Shown here in pieces: positions 26,884 through 38,823 of a stretch of DNA of 64,000 nucleotides; positions within the stretch are counted from its first letter, which is position 1, and every line of letters begins with the position of its first letter. The stretch is taken from positions 42,594,001 to 42,658,000 of the forward strand of contig NC_135759.1 in NCBI RefSeq assembly GCF_052425735.1, read 5' to 3'. The DNA is from Oculina patagonica. Taxonomy: Eukaryota. Position numbers and translations under genes: made by a program. A model generated the notes under the pieces. That model ran no database searches and was not told where the DNA came from. It saw nothing but the letters and a program-made list of their open reading frames with translations.

Positions 26884-29239
26884 CCCCGTGCAGAGCAAGA
26901 ACTGCGCAGCGCAGTTAATAAACTGCGTGCAGAGCAAGAACTGCGCAGCGCAGTTAATAATAATAAACCCCGTGCAGAGCAAGAACTGCGCAGCGCAGTT
27001 AATAATAAACCCCGTGCAGAGCAAGAACTGCGCAGCGCAGTTAATAAAACGATAGCAAACAAGAAAACAGCAAACACAAGTGTTCGCTTGCATACATGTA
27101 CAGTGTAAACCAGTTTAATTCATCGATGGCAATCAGAATTTATTTAGTTAAAGCAATAAAACGGAACAAATCAAACACTACGAGAAAGATAGATGTCCGG
27201 TACCTTTGTATGATTGTTGATGACTTCTAAGTGAATGTGCGAATCCTCTCGAAAATGAGTAGCTCCGGTGAGATAAGAACTAAACTAGTGGTAACCACAG
27301 GTTAGAAAGTGCGGGCCTCGATGCAGTTAAGAGAAGGTACTGGGAGGGAAGTGTTTTTTGTTAGTTTGGAAAATTACTTCAAGTCGAAGTTTTTGGGAAG
27401 TTTTCCAGAAGTTGACATAACTGTGGTAATTGAGATTTCTTTTATAAACTGCGGTTGTTTATTGGGAGTCTGTCCACCGAGAATAACAGTATCTCAATGT
27501 GTGCGAAATTATGATGATTTTTTACGTGTTTGATATTACCAATCATATGTTGACAAGTTTGCCATGTTTCAATGGTGAATAAGCCAAAGTTTATCGATAT
27601 TAAATTTTTCAGACAGTGTCGATAAATCACTGGACAAAAAAAAATTATTCCGAGTAAGGTCGAGTAACGCGTCACGCTTAAGTCACGAATGTTTTTTATA
27701 GTTTCCTATTGCCGCGAACCAATCAGAGTTGTTTTTTTGATTGACAGTTTTGCGAAGTGTAGTCGCGCACGCGGTGTGAATTGAGATGTGATTTTCCTCC
27801 GTCGGCAAACTCGCTTTGTTGTCAGTGTTATAAGGAATTTCTCGAGAATAACCGTTGTTGGAATCATTCGCTTTGCCGTAGTTTATCTGTGATACAATCA
27901 CAGCAGATCTTCTCAAAAGCAACACCTATAAAACAACGTCTGCAAAACGTAATGTCTGCAATCTTCCGACAGAAGCCTCATTTTTCGCATTCTTATCGCT
28001 CTTGGAGACAAGATTTTTCTCTTCCGGTGTTACGACAAACTGTCGTGATTGACACATTTTTTGCATTCCGATCGTTCTTAGTGGAAGAACAAAATTTTCA
28101 ACTTCTGGTTTGCAGATAGCCTTTATAAACGTGGCGCGCACGCGTAATACGCAATCCGCTGGTCACTGTCAAGATTAGGGTTGCGGGCCTCTATTGGGCC
28201 CGCAACAATAATGTTTGCTCAGTCGATCTGACTGAGTTTCTCATCGATCGCCCAAACCGCCGTGTTTACGATCGTTTCTTATGCCTTGAGAACCATCTCT
28301 TGAAAATATTTTCGGTCCAAAAGCTTTGGTAGTTAATTTGCAAAATTCCCAATGTTTAAAATATCCAGGACTTGGACTGGTTTCTTTCAAATCAAAGAAA
28401 TTTTCATTCAGCAAAAGCGGCCATGTTAATACTCGCCTGGATGTCAAAGGTGGCATGGCTAAGTAACCAAGCCTCCAAAGCTATAATCACCTCGTGCGGG
28501 GTGAATATAGCCTCATAAGCTGAGCTTTTCGACCAATCAGAATGCTTCAATTCTTATAATCACCTCTGAAATTATACTAATGATACATATTTCTATTTCA
28601 AAATCGCTATATCTTTTTTAAAATCGCGAAATCCCTCGATGTTGTTGAAAAGCATTATGTTAACGTCCATATCATTATGACCATTATGAGATCTTTCGAT
28701 CGCCGTTGTGAAGTTGTTACTTCAGAGAACTTAAAAACGTAAAGGATCACAAAAGATCATTCTACAAATTTGCATACACAATTTAAACGAATAAAGGTGT
28801 CTTTCAATAGGTATTTCAGGCGTTTATTATCATTTTCTTCGGATTGCTCGACGGCCTGTTTTCGACACTACATTTATATTCCAAGAGAAAAAACACAGAC
28901 TCGAAGAAGGTCTTACATAAACTATAGATATTGTCTGTGTATCCCTTAGAATAGTACCAGATATAGAATTTGTTTATGCATTACATCGATTTCGTAATAT
29001 AAAGCAATAAATAAGAACTTGCCTTCAGCTGTCGGCGGCCATTTTCCTTAGCCAAACAGCGAGCCAAGAGCGGAAAAGCGGACTAGTATCAGTCCCTCTC
29101 CGCATCAAGGCTGTAGCAGAGAGCTTGTATGCCCGTTTCACCGCCCTCTGACGCCCTGAGCCTGAGGGCCGCCGCTCCCGTATTCCCCCTCAGGCCCCGC
29201 TCCTCCGCTCGCTTTGCTCGGGAGCCTGCTCGCAGGCCA
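18736..29239. mobile_element. Non-autonomous TIR element (Academ-like TAG terminus) expanded to 10.5 kb by nested insertions
   Basis: Ends TAGCCTGCGAACAGGCTCCC and GGGAGCCTGCTCGCAGGCCA with a longer imperfect subterminal IR. Degenerate 9-bp TSD AGACAAAAA/CGACGAAAA. The flanks rejoin to match copy B intron 1 (~4300-4450). Confidence 0.7.
19370..27045. mobile_element. Head-to-tail array of five Helentron/HINE-like non-autonomous elements (A-B-A-A-B)
   Basis: Units start at AACAAG(A)AGCTC at ~19370, 20533, 22261, 23911 and 25123. The start motif AACTGCGCTG is inverted in the terminal hairpin AACTGCGC-A-GCGCAGTT. Internal degenerate tandem repeats. The end motif is repeated four times at ~26880-27045. 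Confidence 0.7.
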
Positions 29240-29352
29240 CGACGAAAACAATTTACAAACTCTAAAATTATTTTGCAGGAATCGCCAATTCTACTATTAA
29301 AGGAAACAAATTCTGTCATTGTCGAGGAAAGTCCATGCGACAGGCAGGAAAT

Positions 29353-29456
29353 TAGCTTACGTAGCTGGCGGTATTGTTGGGTTTAGTTACGCTGTTGCGG
29401 CTTCGCCGCTTGCTTGTGCGCGCTAAACCCAACAATACTACCAGCTACGTAGGCTA
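29353..29456. mobile_element. TAG...CTA hairpin MITE with 9-bp TSD
   Basis: Near-perfect palindrome; exact TSD GCAGGAAAT at 29344-29352 and 29457-29465. Confidence 0.85.
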
Positions 29457-32400
29457 GCAGGAAATTAAAACAAAATACACAAACACTGAGTACTGTGTGG
29501 TGCACTACACTCAAATGGATAATTTATGTATTTCATGCATAATTTTTGCATTTTTTAACGTGTTAATATATTTGTTTTTTAAATAGCCTTTTTTGTTCTC
29601 ACTCAGTGAATAAAAAAGATTGCGCTGACATCCACAGCTGCGGTCAAACAGTCAGCGGTGTGTACACAATCCACCCAGACGGCCAACAGCCCTTTGATGT
29701 GTATTGTGACCAGACCACTGCCGGTGGGGGCTGGACAGTATTTCAGAAGAGACTGGACGGCTCTGTCAATTTCTACCGCGGCTGGAATGACTACAAAGCG
29801 GGGTTTGGGCACTTGAATGGCGAGTATTGGCTGGGACTTGATAAGCTGCACGGATTAACCACAAACAACAACAAGAGATACAAACTGCGCGTGGATTTAG
29901 AAGATACTACCGGAAACACGGCCTACGCGCAGTACGGTTATTTTGCTGTGTCCAGTGAACAAGCCAAGTATCAGATGAGTCTCGGAACCTATTCCGGTAA
30001 GGCTGCAAAATCATTGTAGTGTTGTTCTTTCTTTCTAGGTACATTTTGGAAACGAGACAGAGTACTACGGCTTCCTTAAATTGCGACCGCATTTTTGTTT
30101 GGTAGAAATTTTAATAATTAGGCGCACATGTAGCTCACATAAATAAATGGCATCCTTATCTCGGCCGTCTGGCAATGACCAGTACTTTCATAGGTAAAGC
30201 TACAAACGTTTTAACTGTGGTTTTCATGGTACCCTTTGGAATATTTATTCGATCCCTCTCTCAGGGAGAGACGACCACGATCGACACCTTGCCCCGTCCT
30301 TTTAAGAGTGTCTTTCAAAACTCCGATAAGTATCGCGCCGGTTTTCTAAAATCGATTTTAATCGATTCTTTCAACAACAGACAGTGAACCCACGCCTTTT
30401 TCCGATTGTAGGAACCGCAGGTGATTCCTTATCCTATCACAAAAGTCATCCATTCTCAACAAAGGACCGCGACAACGACTCATATGGGGAGATCATTGCG
30501 CTGTCAGATTTCACGGTGCGTGGTGGTACGGCTCATGTCACATCTCTAACTTGAACGGTCGTTATCTTCATGGTGCCCATGCCTCCTACGCTGACGGAGT
30601 AAACTGGTAGGCCTGGAAAGGACACCACTACTCTGCTAAACGCGCGGAGATGAAAATTCGTCCCGTTGATTGGATTCCATTGTAAGGATCACGGAGGTAC
30701 TTCTTTTTCAATGCACAGTTGTTTTTTAAACCCAATAAGTTCAAAGAAGTCAACACTAAAGTTGATAGGCGTTATAGGCGAATCATGATAACCTTAATTA
30801 GTGATTGTAACAATTAGAGTGAATTAAGGTTTACAAGTGTAATCTTTAAATCAGTAAAGGGACTTGCTGACTATATATGTGAGTATCGAAGTTGTAACAC
30901 GAGGAAATAAAAGCAAGAAGTAAAGCAGCAGAAGCAGTTTGTGATCAATGTCTTCCTGCATTTGGATGTCTGGTCGTAATATCTTTAAAAAATATAGAAT
31001 GTGATACAATTAAAACTGCAACTTGTGCACAGACCCCCACGGCAAGAAAAAAAGGAAAAAGGGCTGTGGGTATGAGTCCCCCAGTTTAAAGTCCTCTCCA
31101 CTCGTCTCAGTATGGAGATTAGAGCAAAGCTATATGGGCTCTTGACTGAAGGCAATCCAGTTCAAATTTTGTCAGCCGAAGGATAACAATCGTCTTATTA
31201 TGCTCATTAAGATTTTTTATATATACAGCAACGAAATTAACTGAAAGTAAATTTAATGCGTAATTGACTACTTTTTTGATGAGTGTTATTATGGTCAGAA
31301 AAATGTCGGGGAATTTTTGCGCAACCATGGTTTTATTTCAGTTTTTTCAAGGCGTTTTTTTCTTTTCTACTACTTAAGTTTCAGTTTGATATTGTCCAAA
31401 GTTAAAATAGTACTTAGATAGATAATAGTTGTTACACAATTTATAAACTCAATTCGAACTTGACTGCTTGGGTCCAAGTACCTCATTTGGCAATGAGAAG
31501 AATTTATTGATCTATCTCCATTCTGCCCAAGCTCTTTCACCTTTGGCTCTGATTACTTCATAACAGCATTTTAACAGTTGGGCTGACAAAAAGGAAAGAG
31601 AACAGCGGGAATCAAATTTCTGTAAAATTTAGTACACGAGAGCAACGTGACACACAATTTTATAACATAAAATTTATTGAGAAAAGCACACATTCTCGTT
31701 TTCTCGTTCCCAGAGGCCGCAATTTTTCTGGTCAGCGCTAAGAATCGGGAACTCTGAGCGATTACATTAATTTTCGTAAGCATGACCCACTGACCGTTTT
31801 TTAGGTAATCGCACAACCTGATTGGCTACACAGGTGCCGTCTATTGATCGACTGGGGACGGCCCTTGAAGCGCGCGCTATTTTTCGCTGAATTTTATCAA
31901 TCAAAACCTTTAATAATCGATTTTAGTGATATTCTGTGTTGAATAGATCGGTCAATGGGTTTTGCTAAAACAATTAGACGGCTCGCTCTCAGTTTCTAAC
32001 GACTGACTGTGATCTAGATACCTCGAGCTCGCCGTCTATTTATTAAATAGATTGCACCTGTGTAGCCATTCAGATTGCGCAATTACCCAATGGACGGCCA
32101 GTGGGTTATGGTAACAACCGATAGTTCCTCGACAAAAATTATTCTCTTGCGTGGACCATTAGATTTCGAGTTTGCCTAATGATCGATCACTGGGTTATTC
32201 TTATGACAGATAGGCTCTTTAGTCATCTCTCTCTATTGACATCTCTTTAGTTACCTCTATAAGACGGACACCTGGTGATGGTCCCTGCGTTTTTTTTTTC
32301 TGTATACATTTTACTGTAACTATACTCCCTACAAAACGGACACCTCTCCTAGAAGGACAACGGGCACTTAGCCTGCGTAGCAGGTGCCTGTAGTTATTAA

Positions 32401-33521
32401 GCGCACGTTTAAAAACGCAAAAGGCACGAGACGGCTACGCGAGGGAAAAATACGCACGCAAAACTTCACAGGTGTTAAAAAAAGTTTTTGTGAATAATAC
32501 TTCAAAACTTTGTATCGACATACCTAAAGTATAATGTACTAAAGTGTATATGAACACCAAAGAGGTAGTTTTCTATTTAATACTTTTATAAGAGTTGGTA
32601 GAAGCTCTCCACTTTTGCTTCATGAAGCGAATACGGTCTCTTTATTTTGCTAGTCTTGTTCCGGTTTGCAAAAAATACATACATACATGCAAGTTACAGT
32701 TTGCAACATGTATGTACTGCTCACTGTTGACATTGTTCAGAAGTAGTAAACTATCGACTTTAATGAAAAAACGAGTCAATTTTCTAATATAATCAAATCT
32801 ATTAAAAAATTCTCGAAAGTGATTGGTTATTAACAGCCCGATTTGACGCGTCATGCCTGTGTCACTTGGACAGTACTCGTCATTTTTCGCGCGCTGTTGT
32901 TGTGCATTTTGTTGAATAAACTGTTATGTTTTGGCAGTATTCACAAAGACGTTTAGCCATTTCACCGGTAAATTTTGTTTGTTCTCAAATTTTGTCATAG
33001 TTTTGATTAATTGGTAACGGGTCTTAGTGTCGTCCAATTCGGCTTGTAATCATACTCGTGATTAAACAAATCGGACTCCCGCTTCGCGGTCATCCGATTT
33101 TGTTAATCGAATTGGATTCCACTCAGTCCTATTACCATTATTTATTTTTGTCCGAGTTTGTAGGTTTTGCTAAAGTAAGCGACTTTAAAAGAATTAAAAC
33201 AGACATGTATTCATTGTGCATAGCCGTTCAGCTTTGTTATCTCAGAATTACTGGTGTCACGTTACCTTGACTCTCTACAAAGCGTACGCCTCTCTCGGAC
33301 AGACAGTTGGGGCTGGTCCCGAGGGTGTCCGTCTTGGAGAGAGTTAACTGTTCTCTAAAGTGAACGGCTGACTGACAAAGAGTTCTCATGGAGAATGGTG
33401 CATCATTTCCAAATTCGCTTTGGTGGTTCATTTACCTTTTTAACCTTCTTGTTAATAACCAACAAAGTGTTTCAATTGCCCGCTGACGCAGCATAGCAGT
33501 TCCTTTAGAAACTTATTTCCC

Positions 33522-33926
33522 GAAGGGGAACTCCCATATATATGAGCTATATAGGTATGTGCCGCTGTAAAGGGTATGGCTTTCAAGCAGTTTAGTCCGC
33601 TGGGATAGGGTATAGAAATCGGAGAGTTTCGGCTAGAAGAGGGTAGCATTTGCCACAAAACGTGATCGGTGATATGAACAATTAAGTCCAGAATAGGAAT
33701 AGAAACTCGGAAGAGAAAGAGGCTTTCCTAAACGTAAATAAAATGTTCGCAGCATCGTTGTTGACAGATGGTTTACCATTAGACACTGATAGTGATACAG
33801 ATCTAACAAAATATAAGTCTGGGATAGGGTAGAGATTTTCGGTGTCTAGTCTAGTATAGGGTCGGGGTTTCAAATTCCCAGCGGCACACCCCCACCCAAA
33901 AATATACAGGGTGCCCTCCCCCGGGA
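33522..33926. repeat. Interspersed repeat (second copy at ~42305-42705)
   Basis: Shared GCTATATAGGTATGTGCCGCTGT...GGCACACC..CCCAAAAATATACAG sequence between the two sites. Boundaries approximate. Confidence 0.7.
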
Positions 33927-34191
33927 CTTATTCCCACGGAGGGTGGCGGCCATTTGCCAAAATGTATTAGCTCAGGTTATTACCTGAACTAACAAGTGCC
34001 AGAAACCAGAAAGTTATTATAAACATGCTATTGATGTGTCCGACATTACAGCGAATCATACGTTTCGGTTTAGCGCGTTGTAGCGCAAACTGTCAATCCT
34101 GAGCGCAGGCTGTGTAGATATAAGAATACCCCCTGAATTGCGTTCAAAATTCCATTCAAGGAGAAGTTGAACTGAACTGCTAGCACTCACA

Positions 34192-35426
34192 ATGACTGGG
34201 AAATTTTTTAAGGGAATTTTACTTCTTTTGTTTTTTCTCTGTCTCGTTTGTGGAACTTCCTTATCACAGCAGACGACCAGCGATGAATGTGACTGTTGTA
34301 AACTTCTGAAAACAGTGATAAACAAACAGAAAGATGTGGACAGGAAAATTGACGAAATTTCCCAACAGAATAGAAACCTGGATAAAAAGATCGATTTGCT
34401 TCTTGAATCGAACGCTAAATGCTCAGAAGGTAGGAAGGTCATCTTGAGTATTAATGAAAGTTAGATAGTTAAGGGGCTTTGTCACGAATTTTACCAGATT
34501 TTTGAACATCAAAAAGTTATATTTGTGTCGCAGGAAACCTAACATAAATAGTTCGCCTTAATTAAAAACTGCTATATTAGAGCATTGAACCTGTAAACGA
34601 GCGCCGTCTTTGGCTGCGGATGGCTCGGATGAGAATAGATTGCAACTTGAAAAATTAAGGCTTAACGTTTCGAGTAGCCTGCGAACGCAGACGTATTTTC
34701 GGCTTTCGTTTCTCTCCAAATACGTCTGCGTTTGTAGGTTAGACAAAAAGGTAAATTGTGTTTTAATTGGCAGGCGTGTTCTTCAAAAATTAGCTGCGCC
34801 TCTTTACGTATTCGCTCATAGAAAACTGTCAAACTCGGGCTTGTACGGCTAAATACAAACTCCGTAAGTCATTCGATTTCGTGCAGTGACCTAGAGGAAA
34901 ATCATTAACCCTAGCACTGTTTTCATGTTTTTAAACTTTAGACTTCATTTTGATTTAATTTCGCCTTTTTGATATTTCATTTGCCGGATCTTCTTGTCCA
35001 GAAGGTTGGTTTCTCCATGAAAAGTCATGTTTCCTGATCATCAACATCCCAACCATGAAATGGAGCGATGCTAGGAGAACTTGCCAGAATCTAGGAGGAG
35101 ACCTCGCCATAATCAGATCAGCTGCTGAAAACAACTTTATCTTTAATTTATTAAAGAAGCAGAAGACAGTCCAACGTTGGGGTGTGTGGCTTGGTTTTAT
35201 CCGCAAGGCTGATAATAAGTTCTACTGGATCGACGACACTCCCCTGGCGGGTCAGTATTCACAGTGGGGAAGTGGGAACCCAAACAATGCCCACCCCGGC
35301 GAAAACTGTGGAAACATTTTTGGCATCGGAATCGGCGAGGGAAAGTGGAACGACTTGTGGTGCGATTTGAAAGAGTCCCAGCTGAAGTTGGCCCCAAGTG
35401 TTCTTTGCCAGAAAAAGTCCAAATGA
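34192..35426 (+). CDS. Secreted C-type lectin (FReD-type exon 1 plus single CTLD exon)
   Basis: Exon 1 (34192-34429) is paralogous to FReD exon 1. Exon 2 starts at 34987 (CG acceptor) or 35002 (in-frame CAG) and runs to 35426: CPEGW, SCF, WSDARRTC, GGDLAII, VWLG, WIDDTP, ENC, KWNDLWC, LCQK. Confidence 0.8.
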
Positions 35427-37910
35427 GGCTGCTGTCTTTTTGTTTTTAAGTAGAACTAGAAATTGAACTTGGTGGGGTATAAAGAATTTCAGTTACAAAG
35501 CAAATCGGTTGTTATTTCGATGAGGTCATTCCGGCTTGATTCGCGATCTCTTGTCATGCATTTTTTGGTTGAGTTGCGCTATGTAAGGCAAAAATTAAAA
35601 TAAAAGTGGTGCATATTTGCAACTTGTCAACATTGTGATATTTATTTTTTTTATTTAATTCAAACACGTGACCTGAATTTCCAACAAATTTCTTACGGGT
35701 TTGGTAGATCTCGTATGTGAAAGGGAAGGATTTTGTTGACGCGGTTCTTTTGTCCCAATACAAAGGAGAAAGATTTAAAAATCAACACTAAAGATCATTT
35801 GGGACGTCGTGAAAAAAGATCAACTATTCTATTGGTTAGTGCAGCGTTTAAAGCGTTGGTCAGTGAGAAGGTCGATTGTCCACCTTCAGGGGCCTTTTAT
35901 ATTATCTTGTTGCTATGTGCCTGTACATCGACAGCTGACAGTACTCCAAACTGAGTCTCAGGAAACTGGACTTAAGTTTTTATGGAGAATTAAAAAAATT
36001 GGGCAGTACATTAAAGAGAACAATAGAGATCACGCGATTAGAACTTAGAACACAACGGGGTGAAAGTTAGGGTTATGTTAAACCCATAGTAGTGTCTGGG
36101 TTGGGGTTGCAGGGTAATGGTTTATGGGTTAGGGTTGTTGTGGTTAGGGTTACAATAGATTTACGGTAGGGCTGCATTTTGGACCTGGGGTAGTCACCTG
36201 ACTAGCACTCCAGTCACGCTGGATCACCTTAGATAAAGTACTTTTAGCCTTGTAACTGTATTTGAGCCTAAATAATGTTTCTGGTCAAGCAACAATTTTA
36301 AATTATTTACTCCTCTTGAATTCAATTTTGTACTGTGGTCTGATGATAAAGGTTTGAGGGCTAGTGCCGTCCACCCTCCACCATAATATAACTTCTTGCC
36401 CTGTGCTCAAGTTAAAACAAACATTTGCAGAGGGACTAGTATTGATGGGCCTTGCAAGTTTGAAGAATCTCAGAATTCGAAAGAAAATCGACAAACGAAA
36501 AGTGTTTTTGGTTAATGACTCTGTACGTGCGTTTTGGATTTAGGCCTATTCTGGGACCCAAAGTCGCCGTATTTTTGGGGCTGCGTTTTAGGGTTTTTTT
36601 TTTTTTTTCCAAATTTGGGGGGTTTTTGGGGGTTTTTGGGGGTTTTGGGGGCTTTTGGGGGTTTGGGGGTTTTTTGTGTTTTTTTGGTTTTTTTGTTTTT
36701 TTGGATTTTTGGCCCCTTTTTTTGTTTTGTTGTATATTTATGGTTCCTACACAAAAAATTTTTTAAAAAAAAATATTATATCATATAAAAAAAATTAGGT
36801 TGGTTTTTGGTTTTTGGCTTTTGGGGGCCCGGGGGCGATCTTTGATTTATATTTATTTAGCTGTCCTCTGAAATATAGCAGGAATTAACAAATTCTGGTG
36901 TTATTTTGTTTTGGGTTTCGTGTATATTTGTACGAGGTTCTTTGTCGTCTTGGTCGTTCTTTGTACGAGTAAATTTCACAGCATCTTTCACTGAGGATGA
37001 AAAAAGAAATCGTTCACTGGGGATGAGCCAAATTCTGCGTATTTTTTGGAGAACGTGAATTGACTTAAACTACGTTTATATATTTAGCTGGGGCTAGTAT
37101 TAAACCGATGATAAATAATATTTTTAATTCGACTTTGTCTTTAGTGTGATTGCTAACCGTTCTTCAAATTCCAAAAGGGCCTATACACTCGCGCCGGGCG
37201 CGCCGGCCATTGAACGCTTTCATTGCGACCTATAGCTAGCCCTTGTGAGACGAAATCAAGATTTCCTCGGCTGTGTAGCTGATGTGTTTTGTAAACAGTC
37301 GGGAGAACAACCGTCTTCTTTGAAACATAAGCGTGCTTTATGCAAATTTACAAAGAAAGAAAAAAGAAGTTTATCCAAAAGTGTGGTCAATGGAGCACTT
37401 TTTTCATTGCTACTTTCTAAGTTTTTATCGCGAGATAAAACGCATGCTTACATTTCTTAAAAATCTTAAATTTCTCTTTACATTGAGGTGAAGGAAGTAA
37501 ATTTCTAAGTTTATGTTTAACATTCTGGTTTAGGTCACATGACATTGGGTGCGTTTTGATGACGCCACAAACTGCCCCAAATTCTGTCCACATTTTGTCA
37601 AATATAAGAAGAATTATGTTAAGTTACAGTACGTAATATTTTCAGTAAAATTCTCTAGACACGGCTTCATAAAACACTGTAAAATGCCTAAAACGCAACC
37701 CGAAAAAGGCTTGCCTTCTTGCTTTCAGTTGTTCCATTCTATTATTCCATTTTATTGCTGATCAGATCTCTCAGTAGATCCCACGAATAGCAGCATTATC
37801 GTTTGCGGTCCCTTGCAGTTTTAGCCTTACTTTTGCCTTTTTTTCAGAAGTAAATATAGGACTATTGTGTTGCTACATAACCATAATGACCCTACGTATG
37901 CTATGTCTTG

Positions 37911-37970
37911 TGATTGTAAGAACTGCGGGTGATCCCTTATCGTATCACAAAAATCGTTCATTCACAACAG
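37911..37970 (+). pseudogene. Short relic of FReD exon 3 start
   Basis: TGATTGTAAGAACTGCGGGTGATCCCTTATCGTATCACAAAAATCGTTCATTCACAACAG aligns with 14128-14188; the acceptor AG is mutated to AA. Confidence 0.65.
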
Positions 37971-38195
37971 TAGAAAGACTAGTATTAAATGCATCCCTTG
38001 CTATATCTTTCACTTGAGTAACCTCTTTAAATACTTAGACAAATCAGCCATAAGATGCGTCTGTTCGGCCCTTTGAAATATCTAAATGACAATTTCCTAC
38101 AACTTTCTGTTCCTCGGCTCGTGAAATCCCCGCCCGTTTATATACTGACGGCCTGAAAAAGGTACCCATTTTGGGCGGGGTCTCCCCGTATATAA

Positions 38196-38524
38196 ACGTA
38201 AAATTCCGGTTATAAGCCCCGGGCTTATACAACTTCGTAAGAGGTTTGGGTGGGTTTATAAGCGGAGGGGCTTATATTCGGGACGGCTTATAAGCGGAAA
38301 AAAAAAAAAAAACGTTTCGAACTGAGCCGCTGTAGTGTTGATTGAAATGCGTTTTTAAGTTTAAAACGGATAATAAAGCAACATCTAGCCTTATTCAGTA
38401 CTTTCTTCCGATAAAGGGGGGCTAACATCCGAAGGGGGAGGGGGGCTTATAATCAGATTGATTTTTTTTGGTTTCCAAGTAGATGGGCCTACAACCGGGG
38501 GGGCTTATGATCGGAATTTTACGG
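38196..38524. mobile_element. CCGTAAAATTCCG-TIR MITE (same family at 54965-55270)
   Basis: CGTAAAATTCCG...CGGAATTTTACGG followed by TA; internal GGGCTTATA repeats. Confidence 0.75.
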
Positions 38525-38823
38525 TAGTCTACTAAAGGCAGTATCCCCTCCCCTACCTCCAGGGAGTGAGACAGGGGGGACAAGCGTGCAGAGTGACACG
38601 AGATAAACACTGGCTAGTTTTGAGCTCAGGTTACCACCTTATCAACTACGTGCTTAAAATCGTAATTTGTTTATTATAAGAATGTGTCGACTGACATTGA
38701 ATCACGTTCTGTTTTAGCGTGTTTCAGCCGAAAAGTCGACGTTAGGAAATATAAATATAGGGATACATGCTGTGATACGTTCAAACCCATTTCAAGGAGA
38801 AGACGCAACTACGTACTCCCAAA

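Larger units (their letters stand above)
18232..30685 (+). pseudogene. FReD copy D, pseudogene with 11-kb intron 1
   Basis: Exons 18232-18439, 29607-29996, 30412-30685. Exon 3 has a 1-nt deletion at ~30487 (tatggggagatc) and a TAG at 30608-30610 in the ancestral frame. Confidence 0.88.

Noticed and set aside
26722-27093. Repetitive ORFs (INCAAQFLLCTG)n
   Set aside because: Translations of the reiterated element terminus and an (AAT)n microsatellite.
36060-36200. TTAGGG-like motifs
   Set aside because: Only a few dispersed degenerate copies; not a telomeric array and more likely part of a repeat.
36512-36840. G/T homopolymer-rich tract with Gly/Phe- and Lys/Pro-rich ORFs
   Set aside because: Looks like low-quality consensus or low-complexity sequence; needs read validation and has no coding support.
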